Positions 20,707 to 30,235 of a stretch of DNA of 32,000 nucleotides are shown in pieces. The notes under the pieces were generated by a model. The model saw nothing but the letters and a program-made list of their open reading frames with translations. It made no database searches and had not been told where the DNA came from. This DNA is from Escherichia marmotae (GTDB lineage: Bacteria; Pseudomonadota; Gammaproteobacteria; Enterobacterales; Enterobacteriaceae). The DNA lies in contig NZ_CP025979.1 of the NCBI RefSeq assembly GCF_002900365.1, positions 4,624,236 through 4,656,235 on the forward strand, read 5' to 3'. A program made the translations under genes and the position numbers. The first letter of the stretch is position 1. Every line of letters starts with the position of its first letter.

Positions 20707-20853
20707 ATGACAAAACAACTCAGTCCTTACCAGGACAAAATTCACAAACACATACTACGTGATCGCTTCCTGTCCAGCTTCAAGCAGCCTGGTCGATTCA
20801 GGGCTGAGTTGGAAAAAGTGAAGCTGATGCAGAAGGAGAAAGGTCATGAGTAA
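20707..20853 (+). CDS. Small phage protein, 48 aa
   Basis: [48 protein letters not shown]; between cII and gene 18. Confidence 0.75.
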   Translation: MTKQLSPYQDKIHKHILRDRFLSSFKQPGRFRAELEKVKLMQKEKGHE

Positions 20854-21679
20854 CATATCTAATCTAGCCGAAGCCAGAGAGGCCAGAAGGCTCCAACAAC
20901 CGCATCAAAGCAGCGGTAAGGGGTATGCCTTGCTGCACCGTAAAATTATGGATGTGCCGTTTTACAAGGATGCAGAAGCAGCGCATCTGTGGGTTCACTT
21001 AATCCTCAAAGCAAAGCATACGCCTGAGTATGTAATGACTGACGCAGGAGAAATTCTGGTAGGAAGAGGAAAGCTACTTGGCGGTAGAAACTCTCTGGCG
21101 TTTGAAACAGGACTCAAACCAGATCGCGTTCAGTACCTGCTTAGAAAGTTCAAAAAACTCGGCATGATTGACTGGGTTTCACACGGTAAATTCTCAGTTT
21201 TCTCGGTAGAGAAATATGACGATTATCAGTCAAATTTTGTACCAGCAGATTACCAGCAAATTACCACAGATAAAGAATATAATAATATTATCTCTAATAC
21301 TGACGTATTAGAGAGTGCCACAGCAGACAAAAAGTCTGACAAGAAAAAACCTTCCGTTAGCTGTCAGGATGTTGTCGATGCTTACCACGAAATCCTTCCT
21401 GAAGCGCCAAGAATCCGCGCACTGAATGACAAGCGTAAAAACCAGATCCGAACGTTCTGGCGCAAAGCCGGAGTGATAACCCGCCAGCTTGACGGGCATG
21501 GGTTCACGATGCAGGACTGGAGAAATTATTTGAGCTACGTAGGCGAAAATTGCCGATGGATGTTCGAAGAACGCCCAAACCATCAACGCGGAACCGTCTG
21601 GCACAAAAAGGGATTTGATTTCCTGCTTAACGACAATACCTACCTGAAAGTTCGTGAGGGTGAACACGATGACCGATAA
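20846..21679 (+). CDS. Replication initiation protein, P22 gp18-like
   Basis: 277-aa [61 protein letters not shown]...; followed by a DnaB-like helicase. Confidence 0.88.
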   Translation: MSNISNLAEAREARRLQQPHQSSGKGYALLHRKIMDVPFYKDAEAAHLWVHLILKAKHTPEYVMTDAGEILVGRGKLLGGRNSLAFETGLKPDRVQYLLRKFKKLGMIDWVSHGKFSVFSVEKYDDYQSNFVPADYQQITTDKEYNNIISNTDVLESATADKKSDKKKPSVSCQDVVDAYHEILPEAPRIRALNDKRKNQIRTFWRKAGVITRQLDGHGFTMQDWRNYLSYVGENCRWMFEERPNHQRGTVWHKKGFDFLLNDNTYLKVREGEHDDR

Positions 21680-23105
21680 TTTTTATGCGCCGCCCCATAG
21701 CATCGAGGCAGAGCAGGCGGTGATTGGTGGATTGCTTCTGGATGATGACAGCAGTGAGCGCGTCCAGAAAGTTCTGGCGATGCTGAAGCCTGATTCATTT
21801 TACAGCCGACCACACAAAATCATTTTCGAAGAAATAACCAGAATGCACCGGGAGCAAAAGCCAGTAGATGGCCTGACGCTTTTCGATGAACTGGAGCGTA
21901 AATCGTTAACGGCGTCTGTTGGCGGTTTTGCTTATATCGCTGAGATCGCAAAGAACACGCCAAGCGCCGCAAACATCGTTGCCTATGCAATGCAGGTTCG
22001 CGAAACCGCAATGGAACGCTACGCCATCAACCGCATGACTGAAGCGACGGAATTGCTCTATTCCCGCAACGGAATGACTGCGACGCAGAAGTACGAAGCT
22101 ATTCAGGCGATTTTCACGCAACTGACAGACCATGCAAAAACCGGATCGCGTCGCGGCCTTCGCTCATTTGGTGAGGTCATGGAAGACTGGGTTAGCGACC
22201 TTGAGAAGCGATTTGACCCGTCAGGCGAACAACGAGGAATGAGCACAGGGATCCCATCGCTGGACAGGATGCTGTCACCGAAAGGTCTGGTGAAAGGCTC
22301 TCTGTTTGTCATTGGCGCTCGCCCTAAGATGGGGAAAACGACGCTATACAGCCAGATGGCAATCAACTGCGCAGTGCATGAGAAAAAGCCCGCTCTGATG
22401 TTCAGCCTTGAAATGCCAGGTGACCAGATACTGGAAAAACTGGTAGGACAGAAGTCAGGTGTTAACCCGAATATTTTTTACCTTCCGGCGACAAATGACG
22501 CTGATGACGGCTATCAGGGTGATTACGATGGTGACTTCAACAGGGCGATCGAAACAGCCAATCGCTTGAGTGAAATCGACCTGCTTTACATCGACGACAC
22601 GCCGGGATTATCTCTGGCTCAAATCGTCAGCGAAAGCCGTCGAATCAAGCGAGAAAAAGGATGTGTTGGCATGATTCTGGTCGATTACCTGACACTAATG
22701 ACCGCAGAGAAGGCTGATCGCAACGACCTTGCTTACGGCATGATCACCAAAGGACTGAAGAACCTTGCCAAAGAGCTTGATTGCGTTGTTGTGCTTCTGA
22801 CACAGCTTAACCGCGCACTGGAAAGCCGAACCAATAAACGCCCATTACCAAGTGACTCACGAGATACAGGGCAGATTGAACAGGATTGCGATTATTGGGT
22901 GGGGATCCATCGTGAAGGTGCTTTTGATGACAGTGTTCCACCTGGTGAAACCGAACTAATCCTTCGTCTCAATCGTCATGGCAATACCGGCACGGTGTAT
23001 TGCATTCAGGCAAATGGCGCTATTTATGACACAGACCAACAGTCTGCTGAAATGCGCCGCCGTGAACGTGAGGAACCGCAGTCCAAGAAGAAAGGAGGAT
23101 TCTGA
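21669..23105 (+). CDS. Replicative DNA helicase, DnaB/P22 gp12-like
   Basis: [27 protein letters not shown]..., Walker A GARPKMGKTT, DYLTLM. Confidence 0.93.
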   Translation: MTDNFYAPPHSIEAEQAVIGGLLLDDDSSERVQKVLAMLKPDSFYSRPHKIIFEEITRMHREQKPVDGLTLFDELERKSLTASVGGFAYIAEIAKNTPSAANIVAYAMQVRETAMERYAINRMTEATELLYSRNGMTATQKYEAIQAIFTQLTDHAKTGSRRGLRSFGEVMEDWVSDLEKRFDPSGEQRGMSTGIPSLDRMLSPKGLVKGSLFVIGARPKMGKTTLYSQMAINCAVHEKKPALMFSLEMPGDQILEKLVGQKSGVNPNIFYLPATNDADDGYQGDYDGDFNRAIETANRLSEIDLLYIDDTPGLSLAQIVSESRRIKREKGCVGMILVDYLTLMTAEKADRNDLAYGMITKGLKNLAKELDCVVVLLTQLNRALESRTNKRPLPSDSRDTGQIEQDCDYWVGIHREGAFDDSVPPGETELILRLNRHGNTGTVYCIQANGAIYDTDQQSAEMRRREREEPQSKKKGGF

Positions 23106-23185
23106 TGACCATCTACATCACTGAGCTAATAACAGGCCTGCTGGTAATCGCAGGCCTTTTTATTTGGGGGAGAGGGAAGTCATGA
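23105..23185 (+). CDS. Putative single-span membrane peptide, 26 aa
   Basis: MTIYITELITGLLVIAGLFIWGRGKS; start overlaps the helicase stop (TGATG) and its end overlaps the ninB start. Confidence 0.55.
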   Translation: MTIYITELITGLLVIAGLFIWGRGKS

Positions 23186-23622
23186 AAAAACTAACCTTTG
23201 AAATTCGATCTCCTGCACATCAGCAAAACGCTATTCACGCAGTACAGCAAATCCTTCCAGACCCAACCAAACCAATCGTAGTAACCATTCAGGAACGCAA
23301 CCGCAGCTTAGACCAAAACAGGAAGCTATGGGCCTGCTTAGGTGACGTCTCTCGTCAGGTTGAATGGCATGGTCGCTGGCTGGATGCAGAAAGCTGGAAG
23401 TGTGTGTTTACCGCAGCATTAAAGCAGCAGGATGTTGTTCCTAACCTTGCCGGGAATGGCTTTGTGGTAATAGGCCAGTCAACCAGCAGGATGCGTGTAG
23501 GCGAATTTGCGGAGCTATTAGAGCTTATACAGGCATTCGGTACAGAGCGTGGCGTTAAGTGGTCAGACGAAGCGAGACTGGCTCTGGAGTGGAAAGCGAG
23601 ATGGGGAGACAGGGCTGCATGA
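23182..23622 (+). CDS. ninB: Recombination protein NinB
   Basis: MKKLTFEIRSPAHQQNAIHAVQQILPDPTKPIVVTIQERNRSLDQNRKLWACLGDVS; lambda NinB. Confidence 0.93.
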   Translation: MKKLTFEIRSPAHQQNAIHAVQQILPDPTKPIVVTIQERNRSLDQNRKLWACLGDVSRQVEWHGRWLDAESWKCVFTAALKQQDVVPNLAGNGFVVIGQSTSRMRVGEFAELLELIQAFGTERGVKWSDEARLALEWKARWGDRAA

Positions 23623-24491
23623 TAAATGTCGTTAGTTTCTCCGGTGGCAGGACGTCAGCATATTTGCTCTGGCTAATGGAGCAAAAGCGACGGGCAGGTG
23701 AAGACGTGCATTACGTTTTCATGGATACAGGTTGTGAACATCCAATGACATATCGGTTTGTCAGGGAAGTTGTGAAGTTCTGGGATATACCGCTCACCGT
23801 ATTGCAGGTTGATATCAACCCAGAGCTTGGGCAGCCAAATGGTTATACGGTATGGGAACCAAAGGATATTCAGACGCGACTGCCTGTTCTGAAGCCATTT
23901 ATCGATATGGTAAAGAAATATGGCACTCCATACGTCGGCGGTGCGTTCTGCACTGACAGATTAAAACTCGTTCCCTTCACCAAATACTGTGATGACCATT
24001 TCGGGCGAGGGAATTACACCACGTGGATTGGCATCAGAGCTGATGAACCGAAGCGGCTAAAGCCAAAGCCTGGAATCAGATATCTTGCTGAACTGTCAGA
24101 CTTTGAGAAGGAAGATATCCTCGCATGGTGGAAGCAACAACCATTCGATTTGCAAATACCGGAACATCTCGGTAACTGCATATTCTGCATTAAAAAATCA
24201 ACGCAAAAAATCGGACTTGCCTGCAAAGATGAGGAGGGATTGCAGCGTGTTTTTAATGAGGTCATCACGGGATCGCATGTGCGTGACGGACATCGGGAAA
24301 CACCAAAGGAGATTATGTACCGAGGAAGAATGTCGCTGGACGGTATCGCGAAAATGTATTCAGAAAATGATTATCAAGCCCTGTATCAGGACATGGTACG
24401 AGCTAAAAGATTCGATACCGGCTCTTGTTCTGAGTCATGCGAAATATTTGGAGGGCAGCTTGATTTCGACTTCGGGAGGGAGGCTGCATGA
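23619..24491 (+). CDS. ninC: NinC, PAPS-reductase-like / PP-loop protein
   Basis: [45 protein letters not shown]; PP-loop SGGRTS; lambda nin order. Confidence 0.92.
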   Translation: MINVVSFSGGRTSAYLLWLMEQKRRAGEDVHYVFMDTGCEHPMTYRFVREVVKFWDIPLTVLQVDINPELGQPNGYTVWEPKDIQTRLPVLKPFIDMVKKYGTPYVGGAFCTDRLKLVPFTKYCDDHFGRGNYTTWIGIRADEPKRLKPKPGIRYLAELSDFEKEDILAWWKQQPFDLQIPEHLGNCIFCIKKSTQKIGLACKDEEGLQRVFNEVITGSHVRDGHRETPKEIMYRGRMSLDGIAKMYSENDYQALYQDMVRAKRFDTGSCSESCEIFGGQLDFDFGREAA

Positions 24492-24661
24492 TGCGATGTT
24501 ATCGGTGCGGTGAATGCAAAGAAGATAACCGCTTCCGACCAAACCAACCTTACTGGAATCGATGGTGTCTCCGGTGTGAAAGAACACCAACAGGGGTGTT
24601 ACCACTACCGCAGGAAAAGGAGGACGTGTGGCGAGACAGCGACGAAGTATCACCGACATAA
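24488..24661 (+). CDS. ninD: NinD, 57 aa, Cys-rich
   Basis: [57 protein letters not shown]; ATGA overlap with ninC. Confidence 0.85.
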
Positions 24662-24804
24662 TCTGTGAAAACTGCAAATACCTTCCAACGAAACGCTCCA
24701 GAAATAAACGCAAGCCAATCCCAAAAGAATCTGACGTAAAAACCTTCAATTACACGGCTCATCTGTGGGATATCCGGTGGCTAAGACATCGTGCGAGGAA
24801 ATGA
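24628..24804 (+). CDS. ninE: NinE, 58 aa
   Basis: GTG-start [61 protein letters not shown]; AGGAGG upstream. Confidence 0.88.
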
Positions 24805-24806
24805 CA

Positions 24807-25166
24807 ATGGATTATTCACAGTTAAGTGATTTTGAAATTAACGTGGCGGTATTCGAAGCCATTCATAACGGATCACCGGATTACAAAGAAGGTGAGAATG
24901 GCGATATGGTGTTTGTCTCATTTGAGGGAGACATTGTAAACGGAGACGCAGTTGAAGTAGAGGTTGAGCGCGGATCCTTTAACCCATGCGCAAACCCAGC
25001 AGACGCATGGCCGATTATTGAAAAATACAGGATTAGCATTATCAATCTCGATGAAGACGAGTGGGGTGCACGTGGTGTGGCCTACTGTAAATCTAAGCGA
25101 GCTATACATGAAAATCCCCTCCGCGCCGCCATGATTGTCTTTCTCATGATGCAGAGAATCCAATAA
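24807..25166 (+). CDS. ninX: NinX-like protein (DUF2591)
   Basis: MDYSQLSDFEINVAVFEAIHNGS...NPCANPADAWPIIEKYRISI; located between ninE and ninF. Confidence 0.82.
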   Translation: MDYSQLSDFEINVAVFEAIHNGSPDYKEGENGDMVFVSFEGDIVNGDAVEVEVERGSFNPCANPADAWPIIEKYRISIINLDEDEWGARGVAYCKSKRAIHENPLRAAMIVFLMMQRIQ

Positions 25167-25342
25167 TGCTTAGCCCATCCCAATCCCTTCAATACCAGAA
25201 AGAAAGCGTCGAGCGAGCTTTAACGTGCGCTAACTGCGGTCAGAAACTGCATGTGCTGGAAGTTCACGTGTGCTCCGATTGCTGCGCAGAACTGATGAGC
25301 GATCCGAATAGCTCAATGTACGAGGAAGAAGACGATGAGTGA
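25166..25342 (+). CDS. ninF: NinF, 58 aa
   Basis: [58 protein letters not shown]. Confidence 0.87.
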   Translation: MLSPSQSLQYQKESVERALTCANCGQKLHVLEVHVCSDCCAELMSDPNSSMYEEEDDE

Positions 25343-25604
25343 TTTCTCTGAGCTTATTTCCTTCAAAAAAGACAGAGAAGAAATGCGTACTGAATCTGTC
25401 TATTACGTTCAACACCGGAATAAACGCTCGGTGCTTGATCAGGAGCTGGTTATTACCGGAGACCTTGCATTCAGAACATATAAGGCCAGCATGGAAATGA
25501 AGGATTTCCCTAAATGTGGTTCTGAAAGAGAAGCCGCGTTAAAGCTGGCAGAGTGGATGCAGAGAATGGCTGCTGCAATTGAGAATTACTGGAGCGAACC
25601 ATAA
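25335..25604 (+). CDS. Hypothetical nin-region protein, 89 aa
   Basis: [40 protein letters not shown]..., overlapping ninF and ninG. Confidence 0.75.
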   Translation: MSDFSELISFKKDREEMRTESVYYVQHRNKRSVLDQELVITGDLAFRTYKASMEMKDFPKCGSEREAALKLAEWMQRMAAAIENYWSEP

Positions 25605-26215
25605 TGGCTAAACCAGCGCGAAGACGATGTAAAAACGAAGAATGTCGGGAATGGTTTCACCCTGCATTCGCTAATCAGTGGTGGTGTTCTCCAGAGTGTG
25701 GAACAAAGATAGCACTCGAACGACGAAGCAAAGAACGCGAAAAAGCGGAAAAAGCAGCAGAGAAGAAACGACGACGAGAGGAGCAGAAACAGAAAGATAA
25801 ACTTAAGATTCGAAAACTCGCCTTAAAGCCCCGCAGTTACTGGATTAAACAAGCCCAACAAGCCGTAAACGCCTTCATCAGAGAAAGAGACCGCGACTTA
25901 CCATGTATCTCATGCGGAACGATCACGTCTGCTCAGTGGGATGCCGGACATTACCGGACAACTGCTGCGGCACCTCAACTCCGATTTGATGAACGCAATA
26001 TTCACAAGCAATGCGTGGTGTGCAACCAGCACAAAAGCGGAAATCTCGTTCCGTATCGCGTCGAACTGATTAGCCGCATCGGGCAGGAAGCAGTAGACGA
26101 AATCGAATCAAACCATAACCGCCATCGCTGGACTATCGAAGAGTGCAAGGCGATCAAGGCAGAGTACCAACAGAAACTCAAAGACCTGCGAAATAGCAGA
26201 AGTGAGGCCGCATGA
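25604..26215 (+). CDS. ninG: Recombination protein NinG / Rap
   Basis: [33 protein letters not shown]...CISCG...WDAGHYRT...[13 protein letters not shown]. Confidence 0.94.
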   Translation: MAKPARRRCKNEECREWFHPAFANQWWCSPECGTKIALERRSKEREKAEKAAEKKRRREEQKQKDKLKIRKLALKPRSYWIKQAQQAVNAFIRERDRDLPCISCGTITSAQWDAGHYRTTAAAPQLRFDERNIHKQCVVCNQHKSGNLVPYRVELISRIGQEAVDEIESNHNRHRWTIEECKAIKAEYQQKLKDLRNSRSEAA

Positions 26216-26418
26216 CGTTCTCAGTAAAAACCATTCCAGACATGCTCGTTGAAGCATACGGAAACCAGACAGAAGTAGCACGCAGACTGAAATGTAGTCG
26301 CGGCACGGTCAGAAAATACGTTGATGATAAAGACGGGAAAATGCACGCCATCGTCAACGACGTTCTTATGGTTCATCGCGGATGGAGTGAAAGAGATGCG
26401 CTATTACGAAAGAATTGA
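26212..26418 (+). CDS. ninH: NinH, 68 aa, HTH protein
   Basis: [43 protein letters not shown]; Fis-like helix-turn-helix. Confidence 0.9.
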   Translation: MTFSVKTIPDMLVEAYGNQTEVARRLKCSRGTVRKYVDDKDGKMHAIVNDVLMVHRGWSERDALLRKN

Positions 26419-27061
26419 TGGCAGCAAATACCGAAATATTTGGGTAGTTGGCGATCTGCACGGATGCTACACGAACCTGATGAAAAAACTGGAGACGATA
26501 GGATTCGACACCAAAAAAGACCTGCTTATCTCGGTTGGCGATTTGGTCGATCGCGGTACAGAGAACGTCGAATGTCTGGAATTAATCACATTCCCCTGGT
26601 TCCGAGCTGTACGTGGAAACCATGAGCAAATGATGATTGATGGCTTATCAGAGCGTGGAAACGTCAATCACTGGCTGTTTAATGGCGGTGGCTGGTTCTT
26701 TAATCTCGATTACGACAAAGAAATTCTGGCTAAAGCTCTTGCCCATAAAGCAGATGAACTTCCGTTAATCATTGAACTGGTGAGCAAAGGTAAAAAATAT
26801 GTCATCTGCCACGCCGATTATCCTTGTGACGAATACGAGTTTGGAAAGCCAGTTGATCATCAGCAGGTAATCTGGAACCGCGAACGAATCAGCAACTCAC
26901 AAGACGGGATCGTAAAAGAAATCAAAGGAGCGGACACGTTCATCTTTGGTCATACGCCAGCAGTGAAACCACTCAAGTTTGCCAACCAGATGTATATAGA
27001 TACCGGCGCAGTGTTCTGCGGAAACCTCACATTGATTCAGGTACAGGGAGAAGGCGCATGA
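26396..27061 (+). CDS. ninI: Serine/threonine protein phosphatase NinI (lambda PP)
   Basis: 221 aa from [32 protein letters not shown], with GDLVDRG and RGNHE motifs. Confidence 0.93.
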   Translation: MRYYERIDGSKYRNIWVVGDLHGCYTNLMKKLETIGFDTKKDLLISVGDLVDRGTENVECLELITFPWFRAVRGNHEQMMIDGLSERGNVNHWLFNGGGWFFNLDYDKEILAKALAHKADELPLIIELVSKGKKYVICHADYPCDEYEFGKPVDHQQVIWNRERISNSQDGIVKEIKGADTFIFGHTPAVKPLKFANQMYIDTGAVFCGNLTLIQVQGEGA

Positions 27062-27681
27062 GACTCGAAAGCGTAGCTAAATTTCATTCGCCAAAAAGCC
27101 CGATGATGAGCGACTCACCACGGGCTACGGCTTCTGACTCTCTTTCCGGTACTGATGTGATGGCTGCTATGGGGATGGCGCAATCACAAGCCGGATTCGG
27201 AATGGCTGCATTCTGTGGTAAGCACGAACTCAGCCAGAACGACAAACAAAAGGCTATCAACTATCTGATGCAATTTGCACACAAGGTATCGGGGAAATAC
27301 CGTGGCGTGGCAAAGCTTGAAGGAAATACTAAGGCAAAGGTACTGCAAGTGCTCGCAACATTCGCTTATGCGGATTATTGCCGTAGTGCCGCGACGCCGG
27401 GAGCAAGGTGCAGAGATTGCCACGGTACAGGCCGTGCGGTTGATATAGCAAAAACAGAGCAGTGGGGGAGAGTTGTCGAGAAAGAGTGCGGAAGATGCAA
27501 AGGCGTCGGCTATTCAAGGATGCCAGCAAGCGCAGCATATCGCGCTGTGACGATGCTAATCCCAAACCTTACCCAACCCACCTGGTCACGCACTGTTAAG
27601 CCGCTGTATGACGCTCTGGTGGTGCAATGCCACAAGGAAGAGTCAAACGCAGACAACATTTTGAATACGGTCACACGTTAG
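27058..27681 (+). CDS. Q: Late antitermination protein Q (lambda type)
   Basis: 207 aa [67 protein letters not shown]; CRDCHGTGR zinc motif. Confidence 0.95.
   Translation: MRLESVAKFHSPKSPMMSDSPRATASDSLSGTDVMAAMGMAQSQAGFGMAAFCGKHELSQNDKQKAINYLMQFAHKVSGKYRGVAKLEGNTKAKVLQVLATFAYADYCRSAATPGARCRDCHGTGRAVDIAKTEQWGRVVEKECGRCKGVGYSRMPASAAYRAVTMLIPNLTQPTWSRTVKPLYDALVVQCHKEESNADNILNTVTR
27345..27358 (-). promoter_or_regulatory. Candidate CII-binding site of paQ
   Basis: Minus strand TTGCGAGCACTTGC, TTGC-N6-TTGC inside Q. Confidence 0.6.
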
Positions 27682-27723
27682 CAGCATGATTGCCACGGAT
27701 GGCAACATATTAACGGCATGATA

Positions 27724-27752
27724 TTGACTTTTTGAATAAAGCTGGGTAAATT
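27724..27752 (+). promoter_or_regulatory. Late promoter pR' with Q-utilisation region
   Basis: TTGACT (27724-27729), 17-nt spacer, TAAATT (27747-27752); surrounding TTGAATAAAGCTGGGTAAATTTGACTCAACGATGG resembles lambda pR'. Confidence 0.82.
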
Positions 27753-27785
27753 TGACTCAACGATGGATAAATGCACTCGTTAAAT

Positions 27786-27816
27786 AAAGCCCTGAGTTAA
27801 TAGCTCGGGGCTTTTT
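27786..27816 (+). terminator. tR'-like terminator, to be read through by Q-modified polymerase
   Basis: AAGCCCTGAG-loop-CTCGGGGCTTTTT. Confidence 0.82.
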
Positions 27817-28116
27817 GCGTTTTAAGCACGACCTTTCTGAAAGCACATCAAACCAAATACCAGACAGACAAAAATAATCACCTTATCCGCTGTTGCTACG
27901 GTGCGGTGTGCTTTGCATAAAAGAAAACCAGCTCAATGGCTGGCTTCGTGAAAGCGGGTGGCATGAGGTTGTTAGCGCAACCTCATGCCGTTTTGCCCGT
28001 GCATATCGGTCACGAACAAATCTGATTACTAAACACAGTAGCCTGGATTTGTTCTATCAGTAATCGACCTTATTCCTAATTAAATAGAGCAAATCCCCTC
28101 AATGAAGGGGTAGAGC

Positions 28117-28320
28117 ATGTACCGTATGGACAAAATCAGAGAATGGTTCAGTTACAGCTTCGGAGGACTGACTGCGATGGGTGGCATTCTCTCCCTGAAT
28201 GACTGGGCTGTCATCATTGGTATTCTTTGTACTGTCGGCACATTTGGCATTAACTGGTACTACAAGCGCAAAGAGCGCGAGGACAGATTGAATGGCAATG
28301 TCACCGGCACTACGAAATAG
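28117..28320 (+). CDS. Holin (phage 21-like pinholin candidate) with two start codons
   Basis: [56 protein letters not shown]: two TM segments, basic tail, next to a SAR endolysin. Confidence 0.85.
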   Translation: MYRMDKIREWFSYSFGGLTAMGGILSLNDWAVIIGILCTVGTFGINWYYKRKEREDRLNGNVTGTTK

Positions 28321-28795
28321 CGTAATAGCGGCGATAAGTGGCGGGGCTATTGCTATAGCATCTGTGTTAATCACTGGACCGAGTGGTAACGATGGTCTGG
28401 AAGGTGTCAGCTACATACCATACAAAGATATTGTTGGTGTATGGACTGTATGCCACGGACACACCGGAAAAGACATCATGCTCGGTAAAACGTATACCGA
28501 AGCAGAATGCAAAGCCCTCCTGAATAAAGACCTTGCCACGGTCTCCAGACAAATTAACCCGTACATCAAAGTCGATATACCGGAAACAACGCGCGGCGCT
28601 CTTTACTCGTTCGTCTATAACGTGGGCACAGGCAATTTCAGAACATCGACGCTTCTTCGCAAAATAAACCAGGGCGATATCAAGGGCGCATGTGATCAGC
28701 TACGGCGCTGGACATACGCTGGCGGTAAGCAATGGAAAGGGCTGATGACCCGTCGTGAGATTGAGCGTGAAGTCTGTTTGTGGGGGCAACAATGA
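28292..28795 (+). CDS. SAR endolysin (phage 21 R-like lysozyme)
   Basis: [59 protein letters not shown]: weak N-terminal TM plus catalytic Glu/Asp/Thr. Confidence 0.93.
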   Translation: MAMSPALRNSVIAAISGGAIAIASVLITGPSGNDGLEGVSYIPYKDIVGVWTVCHGHTGKDIMLGKTYTEAECKALLNKDLATVSRQINPYIKVDIPETTRGALYSFVYNVGTGNFRTSTLLRKINQGDIKGACDQLRRWTYAGGKQWKGLMTRREIEREVCLWGQQ

Positions 28796-28887
28796 GCATG
28801 ATTTGCTTTTTCATGGCAGCGTTGCTCGCATTGAATGGCAACGATGCGTGGCCGTGGTTTCTGGCCGTTGGGGTGTTGATGTCATGA
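28792..28887 (+). CDS. Putative small membrane peptide between endolysin and Rz, 31 aa
   Basis: [31 protein letters not shown]; ATGA-type overlaps on both sides. Confidence 0.5.
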   Translation: MSMICFFMAALLALNGNDAWPWFLAVGVLMS

Positions 28888-29321
28888 GTCGGTTAACCGC
28901 GATTATCTCCGCTCTGGTTATCTGCATCATCGTCTGCCTGTTATGGGCTGTTAATCATTACCGTGCTAACGCCATGACCTACAAAGAGCAGCGTGATAAA
29001 GCCACGTACATCATCGCTGACATGCAGAAGCGTCAACGTGATGTAGCAGAACTCGACGCCAGATACACAAAGGAGCTTGCTGATGCTAACGCGACTATCG
29101 AAAGTCTCCGTGCTGATGTTTCTGCTGGGCGTAAGCGCCTGCAAGTCGCCGCCACCTGTGCAAAGTCAACGACCGGAGCCAGCAGCATGGGCGATGGAGA
29201 AATCCCAAGACTTACAGCAGATGCTGAACTCAATTATTACCGTCTCCGAAGTGGAATCGACAAGATAACCGCGCAGGTTAACTACCTGCAGGAGTACATC
29301 AGGACTCAGTGCTTAAAATAA
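28884..29321 (+). CDS. Rz: Rz-like i-spanin, 145 aa
   Basis: [41 protein letters not shown]...: N-terminal TM and coiled coil. Confidence 0.9.
   Translation: MSRLTAIISALVICIIVCLLWAVNHYRANAMTYKEQRDKATYIIADMQKRQRDVAELDARYTKELADANATIESLRADVSAGRKRLQVAATCAKSTTGASSMGDGEIPRLTADAELNYYRLRSGIDKITAQVNYLQEYIRTQCLK
29083..29268 (+). CDS. Rz1: Rz1-like o-spanin lipoprotein, nested in Rz
   Basis: [36 protein letters not shown]: lipobox LGVSAC, Pro-rich; +1 frame within Rz. Confidence 0.88.
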   Translation: MLTRLSKVSVLMFLLGVSACKSPPPVQSQRPEPAAWAMEKSQDLQQMLNSIITVSEVESTR

Positions 29322-29368
29322 TTTTAACTTCACTGAAATTTAACAAGTGACTTTCAGGAAAATGCCTC

Positions 29369-29398
29369 GCAGAAGCGGGGATTTTTTATGTCCTCAGT
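29369..29398 (+). terminator. Hairpin with T-tract downstream of Rz
   Basis: GCCTCGC-AGAA-GCGGGG-ATTTTTT. Confidence 0.55.
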
Positions 29399-29422
29399 AA
29401 ATGCGCTTCACACGCGCGACTT

Positions 29423-29521
29423 ATGAACACAGAGCCTTTCAGGATGACCCTTGAGGATGCCGGTTTGGTTATCGGTGCCTTTCTGTGGGCCGGAATCCTG
29501 TGTGACAAGGTTCATCACTAA
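29423..29521 (+). CDS. Small hydrophobic ORF, 32 aa
   Basis: MNTEPFRMTLEDAGLVIGAFLWAGILCDKVHH; precedes the rha-like gene. Confidence 0.4.
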   Translation: MNTEPFRMTLEDAGLVIGAFLWAGILCDKVHH

Positions 29522-29534
29522 AAGGTAATTACCG

Positions 29535-30077
29535 ATGAATTATCCAACTATCGTTGACGGCATTGATTTCAAAGAACTGGTTTTTATTACCAACAATGAC
29601 CCTGTCACCGATTCATTTATGGTGGCGAAAGTATTTCGTAAGCGACATGACAACGTTGTGCGTGATGTAGAAAGAACTATCGCTGCTTGTCCTGAAGAGT
29701 TTGATACAAAACTCAATTTTGAGGTTTGCTATAAAAACAATGAGTTACAGAATGGTAAGCCACAAAAATTCTATCGGCTACGTAAGGATGGGTTGATGCT
29801 TTTGGTTATGTCCTACACCAAAAAAGAAGCAATGCGTATCAAAATTGCTTACATCAACGCATTCAACTGGATGTACGCCATGCTTCAGGTTGGTCATCGT
29901 CAATTTGAAGAAGAGAGAAATGCCGTAATGCTGGAGTACATGAAAGAGAAGGATGTTGCCAGCATGTCAGGTCGCCTGCTCAATCGCTGGGGAAAAATTA
30001 AGAAGCCTCAGCTACTGGCGAGAATTGAACGCCTTGAACAGCACGGGCAAACCGTAATCCCCGGACTCACTAATTAA
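29535..30077 (+). CDS. rha: Rha-family phage regulatory protein
   Basis: VFITNNDPVTDSFMVAKVFRKRHDNVVRDVERT...FYRLRKDGLMLLVMSYTKKEAMRIKIAYINAFNWM. Confidence 0.87.
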   Translation: MNYPTIVDGIDFKELVFITNNDPVTDSFMVAKVFRKRHDNVVRDVERTIAACPEEFDTKLNFEVCYKNNELQNGKPQKFYRLRKDGLMLLVMSYTKKEAMRIKIAYINAFNWMYAMLQVGHRQFEEERNAVMLEYMKEKDVASMSGRLLNRWGKIKKPQLLARIERLEQHGQTVIPGLTN

Positions 30078-30235
30078 CAGCAGTACCACGAAGCAACCCA
30101 AGCCAGTAAGTGGGGAAATAACACTGGCAGCCACTGAAAGATGAACCTCCTGCCTTATGGCAAAAAAGATTCTTTGTGGTGGCGGACTGATGGAAAGACA
30201 TCCTAATCAAGCAACCACTCCACAGGGTCATAATT

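Noticed and set aside
23619-24491. NinC PP-loop protein as a Dnd-type DNA phosphorothioation system.
   Set aside because: It matches lambda NinC in sequence and position and lacks any dndB/D/E partners.
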